A DNA stretch of 64,000 nucleotides from Lingula anatina. Its lineage: Eukaryota > Animalia > Brachiopoda. Both the position numbers and the translations under genes were made by a program. Below, piece after piece: positions 13,446 through 26,800 of the stretch. The notes under the pieces were generated by a model. The model was not told the origin of the DNA and did not search any database. It worked only from the letters and a program-made list of their open reading frames with translations. The DNA is taken from contig CM120641.1 of assembly GCA_051362555.1 (NCBI GenBank), positions 42,662,401-42,726,400 on the forward strand, in the 5' to 3' direction. Each line of letters opens with the position of its first letter. Within the stretch, counting starts at the first letter, position 1.

Positions 13446-16400
13446 TTGTTGTTTTTTTTTCTATCAAATTTACTGAAAAAAAAAAATAATATGCGCAATA
13501 CACTGAAAGCATTGCTGCATGGACAATAACGAAAAAATATCCTCCCTGTCAGAAAAGTTCTGGCCATTGGTTCTATATGCTTGTTGCCGATACAGGCCAG
13601 ACTACACAATGTCTGCATAGGCTAAATGTTGTCAGAAATAGGATATGTTGGATAATTGTATTATACAAGCTTGGTGCATGTTTATGTTTCAGAATATTGC
13701 CCATCGGGATGGTTTTATGAGGAACTACGTCAGAAGTGTTTCAAATATAACGCCTCCCCTGGCAATCACTCGCACGCTGCTGCCACCTGCCGGGCACAAG
13801 GAGGACGTCTGTCTACATTCCGTCACTTTGTAGATGTCTACAATATGGCAAGATTACGCGAGAGTTCGGGGCGGTTTTGGTTGCATTTGAACAGTTTCTT
13901 AGAGAGTGAAAGGTTACATTGGTCGTTGGATGCCGAGCTAGTGAAGTTGAAATTCCCAAAAGGTCTGTCATAGACACAGGTTATATCTACGAAAGAAAAG
14001 TAAATCAATCACCAACTACCGACCTCACCTTACAGTTTTGCGTGTTCTGTTTGCATTGCTTCAAAGGAGGTGAAACTAAACCATAACCCAATAAATATGG
14101 ACTTTTTAAAGGAGATGCTTATTGCAAATGACATGTGTTTAACATTTAATCGATATAAAATTATATCAATATTCTTAATTAATTTATAGATTAATTAATC
14201 ATATTTAACATTATTAATTGATTAATTTACTAACTTGTTAATCAATTTATTTATGTTCAGAGTTCGTGCGTCTGTCCGGTGGGGGTCACCACTACGGTCG
14301 GGTCGAGGTGTTCCACGAGGGCCAGTGGGGTAGCGTGTGCCACTATGGCTGGGACATCAACGACGGCCGCGTCGTCTGCAGGCAGTTGGGATTTCCTGGA
14401 GTGCGGAACGTTAAGGGGTACGCCCGGTACGGGGAGGGCCGGGGCCCAGTGTGGCTGACAGAGCTGCAGTGTGAGGGGAGTGAGGAGAACCTGCTAGACT
14501 GTCAGCACGCTAACTGGGGGAACACTGGCTGCGGACATAATCTGGATGCCGCCGTGTACTGTTATCCCGGTAAAGAGCGTTCTTTTATTTAATTGTGATA
14601 AATCTTGGATTTCTTTCCCATGTACCACAACCTCATTTCTTCTCATCTTCAGAGGTTTGGCAAGTCACTTGAAAATTTCTTTTACATCCAAGAAGCAAAA
14701 AAAAGAAAAAAAGCGTAGCATTTTTCAATTTTTTCAGGTACGCTTGCTAGAAGTATGAAATCTTTGCGATAAGTAATAAAAACTGCTTATTGTTTGTGAG
14801 GGCGTGAATGTTATTTCGCACACACTAGAAGACATATGCCAACTGGAATTTTAGTGTTTAGAAAAAAAACGTTTCATTCTGCCTCAACCCACTGACCGAG
14901 GGTGCAAATATTTCCAGTAAAAGTTGCTAAATGGTTGCTGTGTATTTACAGACCTGCGCCTCAGTGACGGTGACAAACACTATGGCCGAGTAGAGGTGTT
15001 TCACAGCGGTCAGTGGGGCAGAATTTGTGCTGACCAGTGGACCGATCTCCAGGCCAACGTGGCGTGCAGACAGATGGGATTTACACGAGGTTTTGCCTTG
15101 AACATGTCGACAGCTGATGCAGAGAGTTCGACTTCAGTGGTTTCCCTGCGTCTCGATCACGTTGAGTGCAGCGGGAACGAGACGCGTCTGAAAGGGTGTG
15201 GGCTTGGGCTCTGGGGAAATGTGAGAAACTGTGATGGTGTAGAGGGCGCGGCTGTCTACTGCGAAGGTATCAATTAAAAAAAAGAAAAAAACAAGATATT
15301 TTTAATGAAAAAAAAAATAGATTACTTGAGAAAGCACTCTTCTCATTCTACTTTAAAAAAAGAAAGAAAGTGTCCAAATCCGAAAATGTGAGGTACACAG
15401 TAGTCAGTAAATTATACCACATACTACTGTCAACATTCAATTTAAAGGGTAGAGCTATATTTATACATACACTTTTTACTGTATACTATTGTAGAAGATG
15501 CACCTGTCCGTCTGGCGGACGGCAACAGTAACTATGGGCGCGTGGAGGTCCTCGAAGATGACCACTGGGGGACTGTGTCTGACGACCACTGGGACTACAA
15601 AGACGCTGTGGTCGTATGCCGCCAGCTAGGGTACCACAACGGATGGGCGTACACCTCTGCGCGGTATGGCCCAGGGTTCGGTATGGTGTGGTTGGGGGAC
15701 GTCCAGTGTACGGGCATGGAGCCCAGCTTAAACCAGTGTACCTCTGGGGTGATATCACGACAGAACTTGGATCACAGTAAGGACGCCTCGGTCAAGTGTG
15801 ATCCGGACCCAGGTAGGTTCTCATTTATTTTTACCTGTTCAGATGTGATATTGTTTAGAACTAATTCCTTATATTTTGCATTAGAAATAGTGTCTCTTAA
15901 AGGTGTTGCCGAGTCATTGCAATCTTGACAGGCATACTGTAATGTCAGTGGCACCCCTCTACGCAAGTTATGCTCTTAGGTTTCTGGATATAGACACGCC
16001 TTTACCTAATAAATAATTTCTTCGATTTTGTACGTTCGCACTCTCCGGTTGTACACATTATAAAATAATATTTACATACATTAACTGTCAATTCTAGCAC
16101 ATGATATAGTCTAGTCGATTTTTTTCGCCCAGTCTTGCTTCGCCTATCAAATAACGAGACTAACAGCGGACGGCTTGAACTCTTCTACCAGAACGTATGG
16201 GGTTTAGTGTGCAGTACGGGCTGGACGGACACCGAGGCTACGGTGGCATGCAAAGAACTGGGTTACTCTCACGGCATCGCTACCGCCGTCCCCTTCAGCG
16301 CCGACACCCCCAGGCTAATTGTGTGGCTGGACAGTGTGCGCTGTACGGGATATGAAGATTCACTGCGACAGTGCAGACACGCGCCTTGGAGCGTCCATGA

Positions 16401-19400
16401 TTGCCCCAGTGGAGACTACGCTGGCGTCGTTTGTCACAATAAGGATTCTGGTATGATTATATTAATAATGTGTGTTTCCTTTAGATACGCATAGAAATCA
16501 GATGTGCTGATCGTTTTGCCTTTTTAGGTCCTTTTTAGGTCCAATTTTTTAAAGTCATAGTTATAAATACCTTTAAATTAGTTAATTTTTTACAAAACCT
16601 GAAATTCAGAGAGCAATGATAACTGACCTCACTAGCAGCATGTCTGATGTTAGAAGTAAGTTTCTAGTAATCTTTGAAACTCAGGATGTTTTTTCATTAA
16701 GCCCTGTGCCAGTTTCGATGTCCAATAAAGTATATTGTGGAAGTTTTTTTAATATCCTCGCGATATTTACCTTTCAGAGGCATGCCTCAGTGCTTCCTAT
16801 AACGTGGTTTCGGGCGTCACAACTCTTGATGGCGACATTAACTGTGATCGCAACGTCAACTTTTGGTGTGAAAAAGGTATATTTAATTGTTTCATCGTAA
16901 TATAGACATTTTCACCAACGGAATTAACCCTTTTTGAAAAGAAAACAACACATTGCAAAGTTAAATGTAAGACTACTTTCAACATAAATATTAGTTTAAT
17001 TTACTATTATTTCAAAAACGTCCGTGAGCAAGAAAAAATTCCAATCAATATTATCTCAATTTTCCCCTTGAATAAAGATTTTTTCCACTGAAGACCTTTC
17101 TTATTGTCAATATCCGTATCATCCTAGCTGTATTAGTCGCATTAATTATTAGTTCCGTACATGATTTTTGAACACTGCAGAAATAAATCGTTGCGGTTTC
17201 GACAATGGCGGCTGCAGCCATACCTGTAACTACGATGGTAGAAATGGCACGTGGTGTACATGTCCGGATTATATGGACGGTCTGGCAGACGATGGAAAGA
17301 TGTGTAAAAGTAAGCAGTATACTTTGGTTATTATTTTGCAAAGAACATTATTGCAGAGGCTGTTACTGTTAAACTTATGGTTCTAATAGTGAAATGCAAA
17401 GTTGGACTTATTGTCGATTATGACATCTGAAATAATGTTGACTATAGGGCCCTAATTCGTTTGATAGTTTTCAATATTGGCGTAAATTTTAACAAAGGAA
17501 TGTTTGACAAAAGGTATATAAAAACTTGTTGTTTTTTATTTTAAGGTACTAAACTGAAGGTGCTATGTTCCGCCAAGAGTATGAAGATAGCCATAGGAAA
17601 AGATCTGGTTTCAGGTATTCTTTACTAGGGCCTACATATATGATTGCGCATAGCACACTTAAATGTACGAATCATTGCCCTTGACAAAATGCACCACAAT
17701 ACCTCTGAACTTGGTCGCTTTTCGAAATCAGTTAAGACCACACAGTAGAAAGACTATATGAGAACATTAAAATCACCCATTCACGTTTTCCAGAATTCCA
17801 TCGATATAAAGTACGGCTGAATGGCGAGGATTCCTGCGCCGCCATTTATAACGGTAGCCACTATCTTCTTCAAGCAGAATACACAAAGTGCGGAACAACC
17901 CGAGAAACAGACGCTGGGGGCGAGCTTATAATATATTCCAACCAAATAAATGAACGTCCTAATTTTTTAAACAATTCTCATGGCAATGAAATCACGAGAC
18001 TTCCTCGGATTCAGCTCGAGTTTCTGTGCGTATTCAACTCTCGAGGAATCGCGTCTGCTGTCTACAGCCCAACGGGAGATATTTTGATGACACAACGTCA
18101 ATCTGGAAACATGGATTTCAGTCTGGACGTCTCCGCTAACGCATCCTGGGCCAGATGGAGAGAGTCTAGAGGGAGAGTGTATGTGATATATCTTTAATTG
18201 ATAAAGATTTTATCAGGAATGTTATATAAATAATACAGATTACAGATCATTTTTTCGTGAAGATTGTTCGACAAAACCACTTTCCTTTTAAAGCAATTTG
18301 AAAAATTAAATGCCATTTAGACACGGATAAAAATATTAGTAAGCGAAATCCAAAATTATGGGAAACAGCTTAAAAATGGCAATTTAAATAAATAAATTTT
18401 TGCTTAATGACAATGAATTATATTTTATTATTACAATAGGTTTTCGCCGCTGGTAGTCGTGGTTGAGTTAGGGCAAAATCTTTACCTGGACCTCAAAGTG
18501 CTGTCATCGGATACCTTCACGGTTTTGGCAGTGAAATGCTGGGCGTCTCCATCCAATGATCCGGCAGATACCGTTAGACATAGGCTTATAGAAAATGGGT
18601 AGGTTTTATAGTTAAATCTTAATTTTCAAAAATTTTGATAATTTTGACGGCGTTTAAATGGCATTTAAACAACTATCGAGGTAAACAAAACAGTTCTACG
18701 ACTGAGGCATATATGGAAAAATAGATTGATGACGTGTTTTAATTTATTGGAATTGTTTAAGATTTCCCTTTCCCTCTCTCTCTCTCTCTTTCTCTGTCGA
18801 GCATACGCGCGCGCGCACATAATTATTTTATATTTTTGACTTTGAAAAAATTCCCTTCAAGGTGTGCAGTCGACTCTACCGTGAAATTCCTCTCATGGCG
18901 TCTTGGAGGCCAAACATTTACCATTCAGGCGCTGAAGTTTATGACAGAGCACCCCCTCGTTTACATTCACTGCGAGGTGCGCGTCTGTGAATTAAAAGAC
19001 CGTGAGAGTCGCTGTATTCCCCGATGCACTGAAGACACGTCACGAAGACGTAGGCGACGTGATAACAAAATCAGCGACACCGGGAAAGTACAGATGCTGT
19101 CGGCGCAAAGGCCAATATTCGTTCTTGCGCCACACCAGGAACATTCACACGAAGGTAACGTTATATCGTGAATACTTATTCAGAATTTTTATTTGTTCCA
19201 TTATTAATAGATTACTACACCAGTTATATTACAATGAAGTTTGCTAATAACCGCAAAGTACGTATTTGTATAATATAATATTAGAACATATGTGTTCGAT
19301 ATAACAATAGAGTTTAAATGATATAAGCAAATCCTCTTAAGTAATCAATTCAAATAAAAAAACTGACACGACATTTTTCCAACACGGTAATATTTTTTGC

Positions 19401-19534
19401 TTTCAGGAAATTCTAATTCGGTTGCTATTATGGCTGTAGGAGGGACTTTGGCTGTGGTTGGAGGCTGTCTTGTAGCGGTGGCGGTTGTTCGAATTAAGTT
19501 CTTTAAATCTAACAGTGTAGCTCCAATGGATTGA
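11687..19534 (+). CDS. DMBT1/uromodulin-like type I membrane protein, ~1048 aa: signal peptide-EGF-cbEGF-C-type lectin (N half)-SRCRx4-C-type lectin (C half)-EGF-ZP-furin site-TM. Exons 11687-11729, 12023-12205, 12674-12802, 13693-13962, 14261-14569, 14952-15266, 15495-15812, 16133-16450, 16778-16876, 17181-17309, 17546-17614, 17794-18178, 18440-18598, 18862-19154, 19407-19534
   Basis: MKFLLLCVAAVTCF signal; DLDECGRG...CVNTFGGYVCRC cbEGF; CPSGWF...CFKY lectin start; four RLxxG..GRVEV..WGxVC SRCR exons; ZP motifs (KCGTT, CWASPS, VYIHCEVRVC); RRRRRR furin site; hydrophobic TM; exon total 3147 nt in one frame. Confidence 0.9.
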
Positions 19535-20886
19535 ACGCCATTGGTGAAGGATTGATATAGTAACAGCCACGACTGGATTAACCAACTACAAACTACAACT
19601 GAAGTCACAAATATTCCTTGTCTACATGTAAAGTATTTCACATCAATCCCAGTTTTAATTTTCTATCACTTTATTTTTTTACGGGTTACTTTCAAACGTT
19701 GTTGAGTTTTAAAAACGGCGGCTGAGACACAATCTGCACGGAAAAAGGAGTAAAATTGTAGGTTTAAGTGGATTTTCTTCAATATGGAGAATTGTTTTAT
19801 ACAATAATAACATTGTAGGTCATACCTGCAAGACACTTGTAAATAATTGTAAAATCTCAACAGCCCACATAAAAAAATAGAAACACGATTGTTATCTGTG
19901 TAATAAAAGCAAATTCAATGCAAGGGGAACGGAGGGGGGGGGGGGCGGAAGGAAAAATTGGAGTTTCCAACCAAATACTTATAATATGATACACTGTGAA
20001 AGCCATTTGTGCTATTAGAAGAAACAGTGAAAAAAATTGTCATATTTTTTATTGAATAATAATATCGACATACAAATAATTTTATCAAGGCTCAGTCATT
20101 AACTTTCATTTAACTAAATGGCACATGTCAAAATTACTGAACAACATTCCCTGTCCGTTTGGTATGATACGACATAAAGTAAATTATAAACAAAAGGACA
20201 GGCGAAAAATTATTGCAAATATAAAAAGGAACATTGAAATCTCCAAGAGAAACCAAAAATAAATAAAACATCATCTAAAGCTAACAAGATTATCCCTGAG
20301 AAAATAATTTTCAAACGCACCGTCTACATACGCAACGTCAGTACGTTCGACAATTGAGTGCAAACCTGGCGGAGATAAAGCGACCAGAAAATTCAGATTG
20401 ATCCAGTAGTGTAATATCACATATTAAGTGACGCACGTGTGACGAGGCTCTCGAGCAGATACCTAGTCACCTGACCTGTCATGTGACCAGCAAAACGCTC
20501 ATTGACTTTCACTTCTGGATTAAGTTCGTTGGGTCGTTGCTACCGCATGAGTCCAGTGTTAGATTAATCTTTTTTCTTATAACAAAGCAGATAAGACGTT
20601 CACAGGAGGAATGTATTAATATCACAGATATATGAGACCGTTTATACATATTTTGGTTATGTAACAGGTAACATTAATTCTTTCCTATATTTGTGAAATA
20701 TCTTTTATGCTTCGCACTAATTTAAATCGATGCTGATGGTAGAAAAATTTTATAAAGCTTGGTTATAAACATCTCCCTGAATCAACGGCTTTAAATTTGT
20801 AGTATAGAAATATTAACTTCCCAAGCAGGGCATCGTTCACACCTCAGTTACCCTGCACTGATGAAAAACTATTAGTATTCTCGAGA

Positions 20887-23800
20887 TCAAGTAACTAATT
20901 GATAAGATATTGTTTCACCATAATTCTTTTCAATGTAGCCTTTTAAATACTGGATACATGCTATGGCTCCTTGCTGAAAAGAAAAAAATTCATAAAAATC
21001 AAGGGCCTTGCTTTACAATGTTTTTGTCTATTGAATTGCTGTTATCGATTAATTTGACTTTCAGACTAGTTTCTGTTCAATTAAGGCAATTTGTATGAAA
21101 TTAAGTCTCTTTAAAGTTGCAAAAATATGAAAAGGCAATTTGTTACACCGATAAAACAAGGTGATGCAATGTTTGTGAGGACATTTGCAATGCCAGTGGA
21201 TTCAATTCAACAGATCAACTTACACGTATAAGAAATTCTTTGTCCTCAGTTTCCATGTAAAAATCGGTTGTTTGGACGTAATCTGTGTTGATACCAATCG
21301 TGCGCTCATCATCGTTAGTCTAAACAATAAACAAACAAAAAAATACATTAATACGTTTCCAAGGCATTTCATCGTTGAACAATTTCATAATTTTCAATTT
21401 TTTGTATAAAACGTTTCCTTCATATATTTACAATATATTTATTTTAAAGGCAATTTAAGCGCATGTGCGGAGAGTCATATCATTGATGAGAAGTAACAAA
21501 CACAAAAATACATAATTTAAATCAATTAGTCTTAAAGAACCCATTAAATGATATACATGAATATCCTTGCCAAAGAGAGAAAAGAAAATGATTTTCTTTC
21601 AACTAAATCAAGAGATAGGCCTAATTTATCTTACCTTCATATATAGTTGCTTCACGTTGATTTCTACTGTGTCTAGCACAGACGTGAGGAAATCCCCGAA
21701 GGTATTCACGTCTCTCATTGAAAGCTTCTGAACGTAGCACATAAACGCCACGCTGCGACGCTCGATGAAATACAAGAATTCTTGCCAATTTATCTGAAAT
21801 GTGAAATGTGAACAGTAATAAATAATACCAAGAGTAACATTTATAATTGGTATTAAAAACAAATCCACTAGCATTACCCTCAGGTTGTTTTGAAATTTTA
21901 TCCCCCTTCTGTTAAGTGGTTAAAAATGTTAAGTGGTTCAAAAATGACCCAGTCACAGTGCTCCGTTACTTTTCAAGTTTACAGGTGTTAGCACACATCT
22001 TCAAGAAATCCTTAGACGTAGCTATACTTCTGAATGAATGTTCAAATCAGACAAATACCACCAGGGTTTTATTAGAATATACAACATAGTCCAAAACATG
22101 CTGGATGTGCTGAATAAATAAATAAATAAATAAATAAATGAATGAATAACCGTTACACCATCATGAGGGATCCGTTCCTACGATCAGATGTTAACAAAAA
22201 ATAAAATATTCAGTGAAAATTCCCCGGACTTATTTTACAAATTTTCAAATTCAGTGATCCTGATTGCATGACTGGAATTTTATAGAACTCCCTACCCTTG
22301 CAGGGCGAACGCACGAGTTGCGTTGCACGGGAGGGTAGGGAGGTATGGAGTGCATTGTGGTGGTTAAATAGTAGTTTTCACATTCTTATAACATATACCC
22401 CCATAAAACATATCTGGTACAGCCATATTCTCCGTCTGGCATTTTTGTACTGTACTGTCTGTGGCGCAACACCATTGTCAATTCCACGATATCAGATCTG
22501 GAGTAGTCATCTGATGAATCTGGGTCAATTTCGTCTGATTGTTGGGAACAATTAGTACTTCTCGGGATGCGTTTTCACTTGATATAAAATCAAAGCTTTA
22601 TTGTCAACTTCTGCACTCTTGATGTCTTCACAGAAGACTTCAAACACAGTCCTTATTTGTCTTATGTTCACGTAATAATAATAAAGCTATGTGTGAGATA
22701 ATACACTGTCATCCGAGCGGTATAAGCCATATAACACCTCGAGCGTCCCCCCCCCCCTTTTTTTTTTAGGGACTCTACGCAGAAATGTCGAGAGAAGCGA
22801 GATATTTCTGGGTAGCAGCTCGAGGCTGCCCTCCGTCTTTACCGGGACAGGCTTCAGTGATCAGCATATCGTCACGGTCACATCCATAGGTATGTATATA
22901 AATTGCGAAAAAAGAAATGACCTGCCAATGTCGCCTGAATATCTTACACTCTGACATGGAGCACCATTGCTGCCTGATGGTAAAAAAAAGAACCCAGTTC
23001 GTCCAGTTTACAGATAACGTCACGTTTTCCACAAAGTTTTTAAGATTGGTTCTAAGTGTGCCGTGTATAGGGCCCTAAGTATAAGCAAATATGAAATACC
23101 AGAATGAGCTTCAGTTGGGGTGGAATAAATGACCCAATTAAGAACTTGATAATAAACTGTCACCATGTGCAGCTACGCATGCGTTAAATTCCGGATACAT
23201 CACGAGTGTTAATAAAACGAAAGTAGTATTTCCACCAGCATATTCTACTTCAAAATTCTCGGATTTTTGGTCGTTGTCTGGCGTTTTAACATCGGCGAGG
23301 GGGGCACAACAGGGTATGTTCAAACTGTGAAACCCGTGTGATTGATTGATCATGGGCAGTGATTCGGAGAAGTGGCGTAGAGAGGGGAACAAGCTGTACA
23401 TGTCAGCCACACAAGGCGGACTAAGTCCCGTTCTCAAAAAAGAAAGGTTTAAAAACGCCATTATAAAATTCAACAAAGCTCTTCAAACTGCAGAGACAAG
23501 AAATGATCGCTCTTCTGCACATAAAAATATTGGGATGGCGTCATGGCGTTTGGCTCAAGTTATACAGCTACGAAATGAAGGGCCTAAACTTGTGGAATTT
23601 TATTTCACAGAGGCACTTAAGCACATGAGTAATGCATTGGAAGAAGCCGGAACATCTCGAGGTCTCGACTGGTCCACCCAAACTAATGAATACCTACAAG
23701 ATTGCCTCCAGGGCGTTATTAATGACGCTGCAGAGATGGGGTTGTGTCGTGAACGCGTGGACGCTCTTCACAGGTACCTGGGTGTCATTTCGCGCGACCT

Positions 23801-26800
23801 GCCTGTCCGAGTGACTGGACTTCTAGAAATGACATCGGTTACGTTTCATCTCGGTGTCACGGCTCTCGAAAACGGTGACATCACAGAATGCCTGAATTAC
23901 ATGGCTGAATGTTACCAGCCAGTAGAAGAAACCAAAAGAGTTGCGGATGATGAAATCATGAAGGAAGTTGATGTCCTGGAAAAGGACGTTTTTATGCAGA
24001 AGTGCGTTGCTGAGTCTATTAAGGCAAGAAAAACAGGTACGCCTTGTTAGAAAATTCCACATCATTATTGCCTCCAAGCAACAACTTTCCTGATTTTGCT
24101 ACAAGTTCTATTAATCCATAGGATTTTACTAAGGCGATTTTTCACCTAAAAACCGATGTACATATTTTAAATCTAACGTAATATCTGCTGTCTACTAAAG
24201 ATAATATTATAACATATAGTTATACTTATATGATATAATGATATAAGACAAGGAATTATATCATTAATCTCTCCCTGTCTCTTCTCTCTCTCTCCCTCTC
24301 ATACCTGGTAATATAAGCAACATTTGTTTCACTAGCCGATGACCTTCTGAATAATGTTTTAATGGAACAAGAAGAAATGAATTATGATATGATTTGGGAA
24401 GTTATTGACTGGTACAAGCAAGCTATTCTCTTGTCAAGGGAGCATGAGGTAGGTTATCAATTTTCATACATAAATATCTACATTGAGTTGATCAGCTCTG
24501 ACAAACCTGATAACACATTCTTCTATTCACTTCCCTTATATGGGATATGTATATTTTTTAAACAACACATTTATCCTATACATACTGTTTAACAGAAATA
24601 TGCCATACCAAATACGAACTCTTTATTGAGATGGGAACCGTTGGGGCCCTTGACCTTGACGGTTTGGGTATTATAAACGCTGTGACTTAATGTTAATTCA
24701 TCTGGTTTTCTATAAATCTGAGCCTCATTTCTACTGGTTTTGAAAACTCTTTGAGGGCATTCAGAACAAGTTGGTCTGCGGACTAACAGATCCGCGGATC
24801 AAATATGGCAGACCCACATTAAGGCAGAGACGACTATTCCGCTGATTGCCCCCCCCCCCCCGCCTCTACACGCGCCGTCCTTGCAGGGGTCTAACAATTA
24901 GACCTCGGAGCCGCGATTTAATCCGTTTAATGGCACGTGGGGAGGCTAAGAGACCATCAGCGGATTAGTCGCCTCTGCTTTTATGTGGGTCGGCCATACT
25001 TGATCCGCGGATATGTTAGGCCGCATTCACATCGAGTTGAGCTATGGCTCTTCAAAGCCACGACCTAAATATGGCGGACGTACATGAAAGGAAAACCGCC
25101 TAATCTTTTAATAGTCTCTCCGCCTCTAACACGCCTCCCCAGCTTCCTGGCGAATGGAGCCGAGATTTAATGACTGTACCCCGGCAGGGACGACTCGTGG
25201 GAAGACTTTGTAGAGCCATGGCTCAACTCGATGTGAATGAGACCTTACTCCGCAGATCAGCTTGTTCAGAATGCTCTCTTTGCAATCACATTTTATGTCT
25301 TTTATCAAATAGGTGGAGATGGAAGCTATCGCACTAAGTCGATTGGGCAGTGTATACGACAAAGTTTTGAAGATAAAACTTATGGCAAAAAAGCATTTCA
25401 AGCGCTGCATGAGCCTTGTTATGGCTTTACATCCTAAAAGTTTTCATTCAGAAGGTAAATGTGACCGTGTAATTCTCTCTCTCTCTTTCTCTCTCTCTCA
25501 CACACATGCGCGCGCGCGCTCGCTAACACTAATTACTACATGTACTTGTACTCTGAGGCTAAATACTACTTATATTCTGAGTTAACGTTCATTTACAGAC
25601 TGGTATGTGGAATGTACAAGTGCGTTACAACGATACCAAAAAGAACAAGTGGAGCGAGAAGAAGATGTGTGGCAAAAGAAACGCGAAAAGTACTTGGAGG
25701 AACTGAGCGAAGACCTGAAAAAGTTAAAAGAGTCAGCTAATGGCCTTGCTGAATCATACCTCCGATTTATTTACAAGACGTTTCCTCCCAAGGGGGGAAA
25801 TAAGAAATTAGACGAAGAAGCCCTTGACTCCGGGGAACACGACAGCATCAAGAAAGTCCTGTTGAAGGCTATACAACATTACCATCCAGATCGCCAGAAA
25901 GAGCATGGGGAACAGTGGGTTGTTCTCTGTGAGGAAATTACCAAATACCTCACTGCGAAATATGAAACTTTCAAGTAACTTAAAGATACACAGCGCAAGA
26001 TTTCACAGCAAAAAAAAAAAAAAAGTGAAACAAAAACCCTAATCCCTAATTAGTAGATGTTTTTTGTCGGTAATATGGTTCAATATACATTTGTCTTTAG
26101 TCAGAATGAAATGGACAATAAATAATAAGGTTAATGTCACCCCAAGCAACAACTTTGCTGCTTTTGTTACAAACGCTATGAATCCATAGGACTTTAAATC
26201 GACTTTTTTCAACAAAAAACTGATATGCTTATATTTTAATAAATGTATCTGTCTGTCTACTTAAAATAATTTTGTAATATTATTATAGTTATTCTTTATT
26301 GACAGAAAAGAAATTTACACAATATTCCATTATGGTAACATGCGTATATTTAAAGCTTTGGTCTTTTAGTTTATAATTTTTAGTTAATTTTAAAATACCT
26401 TATGATTTTATTATTTAAGACACATTGTAAAACTTCAACCTTTAGGTTGCAATTTTAGCAAATAAATTATTATTATTATAAAATTATTATTATTAATTAA
26501 TTAATTAAACTCATTTAAAACGCCACCTACCGATCCGTCTTTATTTGTGTCCATATCTTGGAAGATCTGGTCCACGCTGTACGTCTTACCGAACAGCACT
26601 GTGGCATCGTGCTCGGTGAATATGCCCTGGAAAGAGGCGAGTGACGCATTGAATAATAAAGGCAGTAAGAATTTAAATCGCGTTTAAAAAATATATATTA
26701 TTTTGCTTTCAATTATCTAATGCATTATTATAACGGATTCATTATCATCATTGCTATTATTCTGAAAAAATGCTAGCACCATTATACATGTATGATATTC

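Noticed and set aside
22775-23032. 85-aa minus-strand ORF upstream of the nested gene
   Set aside because: No recognisable motif or splice support; probably decayed repeat sequence
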